From positions 6,267 through 70,266 of the forward strand of contig JBBRRV010000002.1 in the NCBI GenBank assembly GCA_038246075.1: DNA of 64,000 nucleotides. Reading direction: 5' to 3'. Position numbers and translations under genes: made by a program. The notes beneath the pieces are model-generated. The model did not search any database. It was not told the DNA's origin and saw nothing but the letters and a program-made list of their open reading frames with translations. Position 1 is the first letter of the stretch; each line of letters begins with the position of its first letter. Below, piece after piece: positions 37,557 to 45,827 of this stretch. The DNA comes from Bacteroidales bacterium. Its GTDB lineage: Bacteria; Bacteroidota; Bacteroidia; Bacteroidales; DASVHX01.

Positions 37557-39572
37557 TTACCTTGCGATCATTAATTTAGTAAAGAACTGCTCATGTGTTT
37601 GCTCATTGAGAAGGCATACAAGGTACATTCCCTGCGAAAAGTTGCCGACATCAAATTGTTGTGTATAAAGTTGATTGTAAGTAATCCTGTTGGTCATGTC
37701 ACGGATAATCATCCTGAGCTGGCCATTCCGCTCCGCATTCTGACAAAAGGGGGGAAGCGTGATAGTTACCAGGCCACGGGCAGGATTTGGATATAATCTA
37801 AAAGCATTCAGCGGTACATCAGGATCGCCGATGCCCAGCGGATTGGCCAGTCCCACCATTGGTCTTATCATGAGTGCACCCCGGAAATTACTGGTAATCC
37901 ATTCGCCGCTCGTATTGATAAAAGTATGCTGACTGGCATCGTTATAGAGGTCGAAGCCAACATTCAGGTTGTCGGCTGTGGTTTGTTGCCAGCCAATGTA
38001 GAAGATGCGTCCCGGGTATTTCACTTCATCGACAAAAAGAACCTTATCAAGTGTGAACGTCTGGAATTTATTCAGGCTATCGGTAAACACAGCCCTGGTA
38101 TTTTTCTTTTCATACATCACGTCCCCGGGCAATCCGAAATTATCGTTCCACACGGTAAGTGTGAAGTATTGAAGATTACTGCCGGTGCGGCTTTGGTTGA
38201 AGAACATTTGCACTGCGCGCAGTGAATCGTTGCGGTTAAGCGTGAACTTATAGGCGAGTTTTGCTGATGCAGGAGTGAGGCCATAACCGGCTTCGGGTGT
38301 GCCGTCGTCGTATGCGTAATAATTGCTGAAAACCTGCGTAAAACGCAGCGTATCATTCGATTTAACCTCCAGGCCTGCATCGGTGGCCGAAAGATAATGA
38401 ACGGTCGTAAAGAAGACTTTCTGCTGGCTTCCGATGGGATATACGAAATTTACATGCGGGTGTGCAAAAGGTGGATTTTTCGAATAGCCATTTGTAGCAA
38501 ATGGTGGAATAAAATAGCTGGTATTTAAGGAAGTATCCACAAATTTCCCAAAATCCCTGGTAACCCTGTATTGATAAGAGATGTTGATAGCTTCATTATC
38601 AAGGTTGCTGATAAACATGTTCAGCGAATCCTTCATCTCTTTTATGAAATTGGAGCGGTATTGGCTGTAAGGCATGGATTCGTAATTCCGGAGCATGGAT
38701 GGCGCTCTTCCGGCGAACGCTATATCTTTATGCGCCATATCATCCAGCGATTTCCTTGTGTTGATATAAACATAATCAACATTCCACTGGCAACCGTTGC
38801 TTTGCCAGCTTGGCAGTGTGTTGTCGGCCAGGTGGGCATAATTGCGGAAGCGAAACTGGAAACCGTCCTGGTAATAGGCTGCACTATCAGTGATGGGAAT
38901 GAGCACCTGCCTGAAAGCGGTGTTGTATTTTGTCCGGAAGGCATCGAGTGACATGCCCGTTTCGTACCAGACATTTCGCCACACAGGTGTAATGGTAGTT
39001 TTGCCGTTTACTATAATGGTGTCATTTTCCCGGGGTGAATGGAATTGTAGGATCAACGAATCCGTTTTGGACGGAGCAGATCTGTTTATTTTTGAGAGTG
39101 TGCCCTGTGGCTGGTAATAGAAACTAATGGATGGCTGATCGCTCCGTTTCATGGGACGCGATGAGAGGACAATCGGGACAAAGAGTGAATCCATCCTGAT
39201 TGGCCGCGAGGTTAAGTAATCGGCCGGAAATGAGGCCTTTCCAGCCTGGGGATAGATGGCTCCAAAAGCGTCGATTGCATCAAGCGTTGCAACACCAGTG
39301 GTAGGTTCTTCTAAGGCATAATCGGTATTGATAAAAGCTAAACTGTCCTCCCATAAGAGTGGATCGGGAAAGAAAAGTTTTTTTGAAAAATCATCCAGAA
39401 AAGGGAGTTTGAGTTTTTTAAAAACCTGTGCACGTTTTGTCATGGGATGCCTGGCAGATTCCTGGCGGAACTGCTGTATCGACGCATTATACTCAATGCC
39501 TGTGAGGATTTCCTGGGCCTGCATGGGTATCCACAAAAGGACAAATAAACTTAGGATGAGAAATCGGTTCAT
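37557..39572 (-). CDS. T9SS-sorted secreted protein of unknown function
   Basis: 671-aa ORF. Signal peptide MNRFLILSLFVLLWIPMQAQ and C-terminal sorting domain LYPNPARGLVTITL...KLMIAR. Its start codon abuts the stop of the PASTA gene (TAAATG). Confidence 0.75.
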   Translation of the reverse strand: MNRFLILSLFVLLWIPMQAQEILTGIEYNASIQQFRQESARHPMTKRAQVFKKLKLPFLDDFSKKLFFPDPLLWEDSLAFINTDYALEEPTTGVATLDAIDAFGAIYPQAGKASFPADYLTSRPIRMDSLFVPIVLSSRPMKRSDQPSISFYYQPQGTLSKINRSAPSKTDSLILQFHSPRENDTIIVNGKTTITPVWRNVWYETGMSLDAFRTKYNTAFRQVLIPITDSAAYYQDGFQFRFRNYAHLADNTLPSWQSNGCQWNVDYVYINTRKSLDDMAHKDIAFAGRAPSMLRNYESMPYSQYRSNFIKEMKDSLNMFISNLDNEAINISYQYRVTRDFGKFVDTSLNTSYFIPPFATNGYSKNPPFAHPHVNFVYPIGSQQKVFFTTVHYLSATDAGLEVKSNDTLRFTQVFSNYYAYDDGTPEAGYGLTPASAKLAYKFTLNRNDSLRAVQMFFNQSRTGSNLQYFTLTVWNDNFGLPGDVMYEKKNTRAVFTDSLNKFQTFTLDKVLFVDEVKYPGRIFYIGWQQTTADNLNVGFDLYNDASQHTFINTSGEWITSNFRGALMIRPMVGLANPLGIGDPDVPLNAFRLYPNPARGLVTITLPPFCQNAERNGQLRMIIRDMTNRITYNQLYTQQFDVGNFSQGMYLVCLLNEQTHEQFFTKLMIAR

Positions 39573-40415
39573 TTAGAAGTCTTTATCTTTTGAAGTTGAA
39601 TCACTTCTTAGCGTGTCGATCTTGTAAGATTGCATATAACCATCGAAATCAAATTCTTTGGGTGAACGATAGATCAGATTTACGGATTGTCCCATGCTTA
39701 AATAACGGCCAACGGCAAAGGGGGGATTCTGCTGGTAAACACGGGCGTTCAAAGTGTCGGCGCCTTGCTCAAAGGTTTCGGTTCCTTTATTTAGTGAAGT
39801 GCGCCGTATTTCCATCAAAGCTTCCTGACGTGTTTTGCCGATAAGGAACGGAATCTGAACTTTATCGCCTCCTGTCCCCACGCCAACGACAAGATCGATG
39901 GTGACACCCTTGGGTATCATCGTCCCTTTTTCAATGGGTCTTCCCTGGTAAAGCTGACGCAGCACTGCATTGTTGGCAATATCGGGCACCTGCCGGATGC
40001 TGCCCAGCCTCAAACCGTATGTTTGCAGAATAGCAGTGGCTTGCCGCAACGACAAATCAACAAGATCCGGCATTTTGATCTGCTCCGGCGTGCTGGAGAT
40101 GAGTGTAATATAAATTTTTCGGTTTCCTTTAACATGTGATTTTGGTAAGGGATCCTGCGATATAACGGTCCCTTTGGGCTTGGTGATATCGTAAACTGAG
40201 TCCACCACCACGATCTCAAGGTCCTTACCCGATTCCATGCTGTTTATCTCAGCCATAGTGCGTCCGATATAATTCGGAACGTCAACTGATTCGCCATGAT
40301 GTGTGTAGATTTTAAGCGAGGCCAGAACTGCCCATGAAATAAGTATGAGTAGCAGCAAGGATATCCCAAAGTGTTTCAGGAAGGTTTTAGTTGTAATAAA
40401 CTGGACAAAATTCAT
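39573..40415 (-). CDS. PASTA-domain membrane protein
   Basis: 280-aa ORF. N-terminal TM followed by three ~65-aa repeats beginning VPNYIGRT / MPDLVDLS / IPFLIGKT. Confidence 0.8.
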   Translation of the reverse strand: MNFVQFITTKTFLKHFGISLLLLILISWAVLASLKIYTHHGESVDVPNYIGRTMAEINSMESGKDLEIVVVDSVYDITKPKGTVISQDPLPKSHVKGNRKIYITLISSTPEQIKMPDLVDLSLRQATAILQTYGLRLGSIRQVPDIANNAVLRQLYQGRPIEKGTMIPKGVTIDLVVGVGTGGDKVQIPFLIGKTRQEALMEIRRTSLNKGTETFEQGADTLNARVYQQNPPFAVGRYLSMGQSVNLIYRSPKEFDFDGYMQSYKIDTLRSDSTSKDKDF

Positions 40416-40488
40416 ACCTTTATGTTCCTGTGTGGGTTAATGTCGTTTGTCAAACGTTAATTCAGACCTGTTAGTATTGACCACGTAG

Positions 40489-40496
40489 CAAAGATA
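40489..40496 (-). promoter_or_regulatory. -7 box TATCTTTG
   Basis: caaagata on the plus strand, 73 nt upstream of the PASTA gene ATG at 40415. Confidence 0.4.
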
Positions 40497-40562
40497 TTAA
40501 TAATATGCTTGGTAGTCCCCATGGAAAATGTCATTACTTTTGCTTCCATCAAGCAAAACCCT

Positions 40563-41546
40563 ATGGAGAAGAAGCGAATAGCAGTAGTAATGGGAGGAGA
40601 CTCCGGCGAATATGATATTTCAATTCAGAGTGCCAAAGTAACCTGTGCACAGATCGACAGCGAGAAGTACGAAGTTTATCCGGTGCTTATTCATAATAAT
40701 GTATGGGCTTATGTTGCCCCGGATGGCAGGCAGGTGCCGGTTGACCGTTTCGACTTCAGCATAGCTCCGGAAGGTCAGAAGGTGAAGTTCGACGCCATTT
40801 TTATTGCCATTCATGGTACGCCGGGTGAGGATGGTAAATTGCAGGGTTATTTTGAAATGCTTGGCATTCCTTTTACAACCTGCGATGCGATTACCTCAGC
40901 GATCACTTTCAGTAAATATTTCACCAATGATCTGGCCATAACCTATGGAATCAAAGTTCCGAAGACCTTTATGGTTCGGCGCGGTCGCTCTTATGATGCA
41001 AAATTAATGGCGGAAGCACTGGGATTCCCATTCTTCATCAAACCCAACAAGGCAGGATCAAGCGTAGGTGTTTCGAAAGTTTATCAACCTGATGAAGTGG
41101 ATCGTGCAATACAAATGGCTTTTGTGCACGATGACGAAGTGCTCTTGCAGCAGTTTGCAAAAGGTCGAGAGTTGGCCTGTGGGGTATACAGCCGGAATGG
41201 CGAAATAAAAGTGCTCCCGGTTACAGAAATAATATCGACAAAGGACTTTTTTGATTACGAGGCCAAATACATTGAAGGGATGGCCAGCGAGATCACACCC
41301 GCGCCAATCTCCGCTGCTGAAACTGCAGAATGCCAAAAAATGACTGCTTATCTTTATGAAAAGTTCAATTGCCGTGGTATTGTCCGTTTCGATTATTTCA
41401 TGGATAACGGCGAATTCTGGTTTCTCGAAGTTAATACTGTTCCCGGCCTGTCGGAAGGGAGTATTGTTCCAAAGCAGGCTGCCGCTGCCGGCATCAGTAT
41501 GAAAGAACTATTCTCGCAGCTTATCGAAGAGGCATTATCGCGCTAA
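40563..41546 (+). CDS. ddl: D-alanine--D-alanine ligase
   Basis: The track start at 40509 is TTG; MEKKRIAVVMGGDSGEYDIS begins at 40563. ATP-grasp motif LEVNTVPG. Confidence 0.9.
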   Translation: MEKKRIAVVMGGDSGEYDISIQSAKVTCAQIDSEKYEVYPVLIHNNVWAYVAPDGRQVPVDRFDFSIAPEGQKVKFDAIFIAIHGTPGEDGKLQGYFEMLGIPFTTCDAITSAITFSKYFTNDLAITYGIKVPKTFMVRRGRSYDAKLMAEALGFPFFIKPNKAGSSVGVSKVYQPDEVDRAIQMAFVHDDEVLLQQFAKGRELACGVYSRNGEIKVLPVTEIISTKDFFDYEAKYIEGMASEITPAPISAAETAECQKMTAYLYEKFNCRGIVRFDYFMDNGEFWFLEVNTVPGLSEGSIVPKQAAAAGISMKELFSQLIEEALSR

Positions 41547-41565
41547 TGCAATGGTGCAATTAATA

Positions 41566-42159
41566 TTAAGCTTTACGGTCAGCTCTCTCCTGCAGGAATG
41601 CGGCCAGTTTGCTTACGGCCCTGGCACGATGGCTCATGGTGTTTTTTTCTTCCATGGTCATTTCGGCAAATGTTAAATTGGTGCCTTGGGGCTGAAAGAT
41701 AGGATCATACCCAAAACCTTCTGCACCATGTCTTTCGGTAAGCATATTTCCTTCAACGATTCCTTCGAAAAGGAATTCCTTTCCATCTATGATTAATGCG
41801 ATGACCGTCCGGAACCTGGCTTTACGATTGTTCATCCCCGTCATTTCCTCCAGTACTTTATCCATATTGGCTTCAAAATCGTGGGTTTTTCCGCCATACC
41901 TGGCCGAATATACTCCGGGGCGGCCATCCAGGGCATCTATTTCGAGCCCGGTATCGTCGGCAAAGCAATCATGGCCATACCTGGAATGCACATAACGTGC
42001 TTTGAGTAATGCATTTCCTTCAAGGGTAGGTTCAGTTTCAGGAATATCTTCAGTGCATCCTGTTTCAGCAAGGCTCACGATGTTAAATCCCCGTGCAGTA
42101 AGGCTGCTGATTTCTTCTAGCTTGTGTTTGTTATTGGTTGCGAATACCAGGGTCTTCAT
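41566..42159 (-). CDS. rdgB: Non-canonical purine NTP pyrophosphatase (RdgB/HAM1)
   Basis: 197-aa [15 protein letters not shown] and FGYDPIF motifs. Confidence 0.9.
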   Translation of the reverse strand: MKTLVFATNNKHKLEEISSLTARGFNIVSLAETGCTEDIPETEPTLEGNALLKARYVHSRYGHDCFADDTGLEIDALDGRPGVYSARYGGKTHDFEANMDKVLEEMTGMNNRKARFRTVIALIIDGKEFLFEGIVEGNMLTERHGAEGFGYDPIFQPQGTNLTFAEMTMEEKNTMSHRARAVSKLAAFLQERADRKA

Positions 42160-42204
42160 TTTGAATGTTTTTGTTTAAACGGATTGAAACAGATAGATTA
42201 ATTG

Positions 42205-42276
42205 GATTGATGAGATTGAAAGGATTGATGAGATTGAAAGGATTGATGAGATTGAAGGGATTGAAAGGATTGATGC
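42205..42276. repeat. Nonamer tandem array, 8 units (GATTGATGA/GATTGAAAG alternating, 18-bp super-unit)
   Basis: gattgatga gattgaaag x3, then gattgaagg gattgaaag gattgatgc. A degenerate copy gattgaaac lies at 42182. Confidence 0.95.
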
Positions 42277-42290
42277 GTTCTGAATTGATT

Positions 42291-42420
42291 TCAAACGTTT
42301 TCAATGTATTTCAATGTATTTCTAAGTATTTCAATGTATTTCATTGTATTTCAACATGCTTCCATGTACTTCGATGTACTTCCATGTACTTCCATGTACT
42401 TCCATGTATTTCCATGTATT
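42291..42420. repeat. Decamer tandem array, 13 units in unbroken register (TCAATGTATT then TCCATGTACT sub-blocks)
   Basis: tcaaacgttt tcaatgtatt x2 tctaagtatt tcaatgtatt tcattgtatt tcaacatgct tccatgtact tcgatgtact tccatgtact x2 tccatgtatt x2. Confidence 0.95.
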
Positions 42421-42434
42421 CCCTTTTGTATAAT

Positions 42435-42908
42435 TTATTCATTATGATACGGTTCGTTTTTTAAAATGGTAAATGCCCGGTATAGCTGTTCTGCAAATAT
42501 AAGTCTTATCAATTGGTGGGTAAAGGTAAGCCGTGAAAGCGAAAGCTGGAAGGATGCGCGTTTTTTCACTTCATCGGCAATGCCAAAAGCACCCCCGACA
42601 AGGAAAATCAATTCCCTGGTTCCTGAGTTCATCCATTTCTGCAACTGGGTGGAAAATTCCACCGAGCGGAGTTCTGTGCCTTTTTCATCGAGCACGGCAA
42701 GTGTGCTGCCAGGTGAAAGTTGCTTCAGGATCAGCAAGGCTTCGCGTTCCTTAACCTGATGTGGCGACAGGTTGGCAGCATCTTTTAGTGCCGGGATCAC
42801 AATTACCTGCAATGTGGTATAATGACGAAGGCGCGATAAATACAGATTTAAACCTTGCTCAATGAAAGCTTCTTCAGTTTTGCCGACAAGGATGATTGTT
42901 ATCTTCAT
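42435..42908 (-). CDS. rlmH: 23S rRNA (pseudouridine1915-N3)-methyltransferase
   Basis: 157-aa SPOUT protein. MKITIILVGKT... and LSLSRLTFTHQL are typical of RlmH. Confidence 0.9.
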   Translation of the reverse strand: MKITIILVGKTEEAFIEQGLNLYLSRLRHYTTLQVIVIPALKDAANLSPHQVKEREALLILKQLSPGSTLAVLDEKGTELRSVEFSTQLQKWMNSGTRELIFLVGGAFGIADEVKKRASFQLSLSRLTFTHQLIRLIFAEQLYRAFTILKNEPYHNE

Positions 42909-43002
42909 GTGTTATCATTTCTTTGCAAAGGTGCAATAAAATCGAAAGACCTGACATGCGCTGTGCAGTTGTATTTTTCGTTATAGCTATGTCATTTTTC
43001 GA

Positions 43003-43010
43003 TATATTTG
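43003..43010 (+). promoter_or_regulatory. -7 box TATATTTG
   Basis: About 200 nt upstream of the DUF4783-nadC-yihY operon ATG at 43213, implying a long leader if it is used. Confidence 0.3.
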
Positions 43011-43212
43011 CAGTAGATTCATTGATTTTCTGACCATATTGGTTTGGTTTTTGCTCTATGTTAATGCCTGAAACATTTGATATGCAAAAGCCATAAATAT
43101 ACGCTGGCATCAACATGACAAATTTTTGACGCAGCATGACAAGTAAAAATGTAAAGATATGCGTAATATACAGCCTATAGCAGGCTGGCGTTTATCACGG
43201 AATAAATAATAA

Positions 43213-43626
43213 ATGATGATGAAAAAAAACCTGATGTTTGTTCTTTTCTCGATGTTGATTTCCTTTGCTGCGCCTGCAGCATCGGTAATGCCGGCTTCTT
43301 CCGGAATTATCGAATCAATAGCTTCAGCCATTAAGGGGGCAAATTCCGGTGAGCTGGCGAGGTATTTCAGCAATACTGTGGAAATACAGATTCCCGGCAA
43401 AGAAGGAACATTTAGTAAGAGCCAGGCAGAAATGATCATGAAAGATTTCTTTTCCAGGAATCCTGTAACTTCATATGCTGTAAATCAGCAGGGGTCATCT
43501 AACGGCGGCGCCCAATTTATGATTGGAACCTACAAAAGTGGTAAAACTATTTTTCATGTTTATGTTTTGGTGAAACCTGTTGGCGGTCAGTTGCTGATTC
43601 AGCAGCTTCACTTTGAATCAGAATAA
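43213..43626 (+). CDS. DUF4783-like secreted protein
   Basis: 137-aa ORF with a signal peptide. The motif LARYFSNTVEIQIPG..GTFSKSQAEMIMKDFF and its position directly upstream of nadC match the Bacteroidota DUF4783 family as I remember it. Confidence 0.65.
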   Translation: MMMKKNLMFVLFSMLISFAAPAASVMPASSGIIESIASAIKGANSGELARYFSNTVEIQIPGKEGTFSKSQAEMIMKDFFSRNPVTSYAVNQQGSSNGGAQFMIGTYKSGKTIFHVYVLVKPVGGQLLIQQLHFESE

Positions 43627-43654
43627 TCCTGCCACTAGCTTAAAGTTCTGCCTG

Positions 43655-44491
43655 ATGACGATTGATGAGATAATTATACAAGCCCTGCGTGAAGACCTTG
43701 GTGATGGTGACCACACCTCGCTGGCAACAATTCCAGGCTCAGCCAAAGGGAAAGCCAGGCTGCTGGTAAAGGAAGAGGGTGTGATCGCCGGTTTGGATAT
43801 CGCTCAAAAGGTATTTACTACCGTAGATCCTGCGCTTCGTATGACAACCTTTTATGCTGATGGTGCCCGCGTTAAAAAGGGTGACATTGCGTTTGAGATT
43901 GAGGGTCCTGTTATTTCCATCCTTTCATCCGAACGGCTTGTACTCAATTTTATGCAACGCATGAGTGGTATTGCTACGGCCACGAGTATTCTGGTCGACC
44001 GCATCAAAGGACTGGATACTAAAATCCTGGACACCCGCAAGACAACACCCTTGCTGCGCGAAATAGAGAAAATGGCTGTCCGCATCGGTGGCGGGTTTAA
44101 CCACAGATTTGGCCTCTACGATATGATCATGATCAAGGATAATCATGTCGACTTTGCAGGTGGAATTGCTGAAGCTATTCATTCGGCTGCCGCATATCTG
44201 CAGCGCACAGGGAAGCATTTGCAGATCGAGATTGAAACCCGCTCGCTTGAAGAAGTCCGGGAAGTGCTGGTAACTGGTGGCGTTAACCGCATCATGCTAG
44301 ATAATTTTGATTTTCCGGAATTAAGGCAAGCCGTGGAACTTATCAGCCACCGCTATGAAACAGAAGCTTCAGGCGGTATAACCCTCGAAACAATCAGGCA
44401 ATATGCAGCATGCGGCGTCGACTTTATCTCGGTAGGGGCACTTACACATCATATCAGTAGCCTTGATCTCAGCCTCAAGGCTGAGTGCTAA
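43655..44491 (+). CDS. nadC: Nicotinate-nucleotide pyrophosphorylase (carboxylating)
   Basis: The ORF starts at 43613; MTIDEIIIQALREDLGDGDHTS starts at 43655. TRKT and IMLDNF motifs. Confidence 0.9.
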   Translation: MTIDEIIIQALREDLGDGDHTSLATIPGSAKGKARLLVKEEGVIAGLDIAQKVFTTVDPALRMTTFYADGARVKKGDIAFEIEGPVISILSSERLVLNFMQRMSGIATATSILVDRIKGLDTKILDTRKTTPLLREIEKMAVRIGGGFNHRFGLYDMIMIKDNHVDFAGGIAEAIHSAAAYLQRTGKHLQIEIETRSLEEVREVLVTGGVNRIMLDNFDFPELRQAVELISHRYETEASGGITLETIRQYAACGVDFISVGALTHHISSLDLSLKAEC

Positions 44492-44502
44492 ATTCCTGTT
44501 GG

Positions 44503-45486
44503 ATGATGTATAAGGAACAGATTAAGCAGAAAGCTCAGAAAGCACGTGATCAATTAAAACATATAGGGAGAAAGACGTTGGTCTGGAAACCTGTCCGTTC
44601 TTTCATTGTCTTTACCAATCGCCTGATCTTGCCTGGTTTCGACGGATTATCGCTCTGGGATGTATCGGTGTTTTTTGTAAGAGGCATCCAACGCGGATCC
44701 ATCACTTCAAGGGCATCTTCTTTTTCATTCAACTTTTTTCTGGCCGTATTTCCGGCAATTATTTTCTTTTTTACCATTATTCCTTATATCCCGGTGGCTC
44801 ATTTTCAGGATACACTGCTTGAGCTGATGCGCGATTTCATTCCCGAAAAGGCATATAACGCAGTGGAAGGGACCCTGTTCGACATTGTAAAACGTCCCCG
44901 TGGTGGTCTGCTTTCGATAGGTTTTATACTGGCCATGTATTTTTCCACCAACGGGATTAACAGCCTCATCGAGTCGTTCAACCAAACTTACCATACTATA
45001 GAAACCCGTTCAGCTTACAAACAAAGACTGATATCAATACTCCTTGTACTTATCCTGTCGGTATTGGTGATCCTGGCTATTATGCTGATCATTATAGGCC
45101 CGATTGTGCTGGAATTCCTCGTCAGTAAAAATATTTTGCACAGCAGATTTCTCGTGCAACTAATCAATTTCGGCAAATGGGCTGTTATTGTAGCCCTTTT
45201 CTTTTTTGTTTACTCTTTTCTTTATTATCTGGCCCCTGCCAAACGCAGGCAATTCCGGTTTATTTCAGCCGGATCCACACTTGCCACCGGCCTCACGATC
45301 CTGACTTCTATTGGATTTAATTACTATGTGAACAATTTTTTGCGCTATAACACGCTCTATGGATCAATTGGTACATTAATGATTGTAATGCTCTGGATCT
45401 ATTTTAATGCCATTATTGTGCTGGTGGGTTTTGAACTGAATGCGAGCATTTTCAATGCCAAGCAGGAGTGGAGAGCCACAAGATGA
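44503..45486 (+). CDS. YihY/BrkB-family membrane protein
   Basis: The track start at 44485 is GTG; an ATG-ATG pair lies at 44503. Six hydrophobic helices and YGSIGTLMIVMLWIYF, typical of the family. Confidence 0.75.
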   Translation: MMYKEQIKQKAQKARDQLKHIGRKTLVWKPVRSFIVFTNRLILPGFDGLSLWDVSVFFVRGIQRGSITSRASSFSFNFFLAVFPAIIFFFTIIPYIPVAHFQDTLLELMRDFIPEKAYNAVEGTLFDIVKRPRGGLLSIGFILAMYFSTNGINSLIESFNQTYHTIETRSAYKQRLISILLVLILSVLVILAIMLIIIGPIVLEFLVSKNILHSRFLVQLINFGKWAVIVALFFFVYSFLYYLAPAKRRQFRFISAGSTLATGLTILTSIGFNYYVNNFLRYNTLYGSIGTLMIVMLWIYFNAIIVLVGFELNASIFNAKQEWRATR

Positions 45487-45615
45487 AATTGGAAAATTGA
45501 AAATTTGAAATACATAGAAATACATAGTAGTACATTGAAGTAAATTGAAGTTGAGTGATGGGATTGATGAACTTTGAAATACATAGAAATACATAGAATT
45601 ACCTTGAAGTATTTG
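45484..45615. repeat. Decamer-type array in inverted orientation (GAAATACATA / GAAGTACATT), about 10 units, with an embedded GATTGATGA nonamer
   Basis: Starts at the yihY stop codon. tacatagaaa tacatagtag tacattgaag taaattgaag ... ggattgatga ... acatagaaat acatagaatt. These units are reverse complements of the 18441 and 42291 decamers. Confidence 0.9.
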
Positions 45616-45636
45616 GTCCTGGAATCAGAATTTACC

Positions 45637-45769
45637 TTGGATCTTTGATCTTGGAATTTGGGACTTGGATCTTGGAACTTGGGACTTGGGACTTGGAATT
45701 TGGGACTTGGATTTTGGAACTTGGGACTTGGATCTTGGAACTTGGGACTTGGAATTTGGAACCTGGAAT
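45637..45769. repeat. Heptamer tandem array, 19 units (TTGG[GA][AT][CT])
   Basis: ttggatc tttgatc ttggaat ttgggac ttggatc ttggaac ttgggac ttgggac ttggaat ttgggac ttggatt ttggaac ttgggac ttggatc ttggaac ttgggac ttggaat ttggaac ctggaat. No indels. Confidence 0.95.
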
Positions 45770-45827
45770 TTATTAAGAAGATATAATTAGCTGTTTATCA
45801 GTTAAATATATTATAGTTAGATGGAAG

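Noticed and set aside
42165-42464. 99-aa ORF (…LMRLKGLMRLKGLMRLKG…FHVLRCTSMYFHVLPC…)
   Set aside because: It is a translation of the nonamer and decamer arrays and overlaps the rlmH 3' end. It is a repeat-derived artefact.
45376-45594. 72-aa and 61-aa minus-strand ORFs over the yihY 3' end and the repeat array
   Set aside because: They are antisense to a well-supported CDS and continue into tandem repeats, giving low-complexity periodic peptides.
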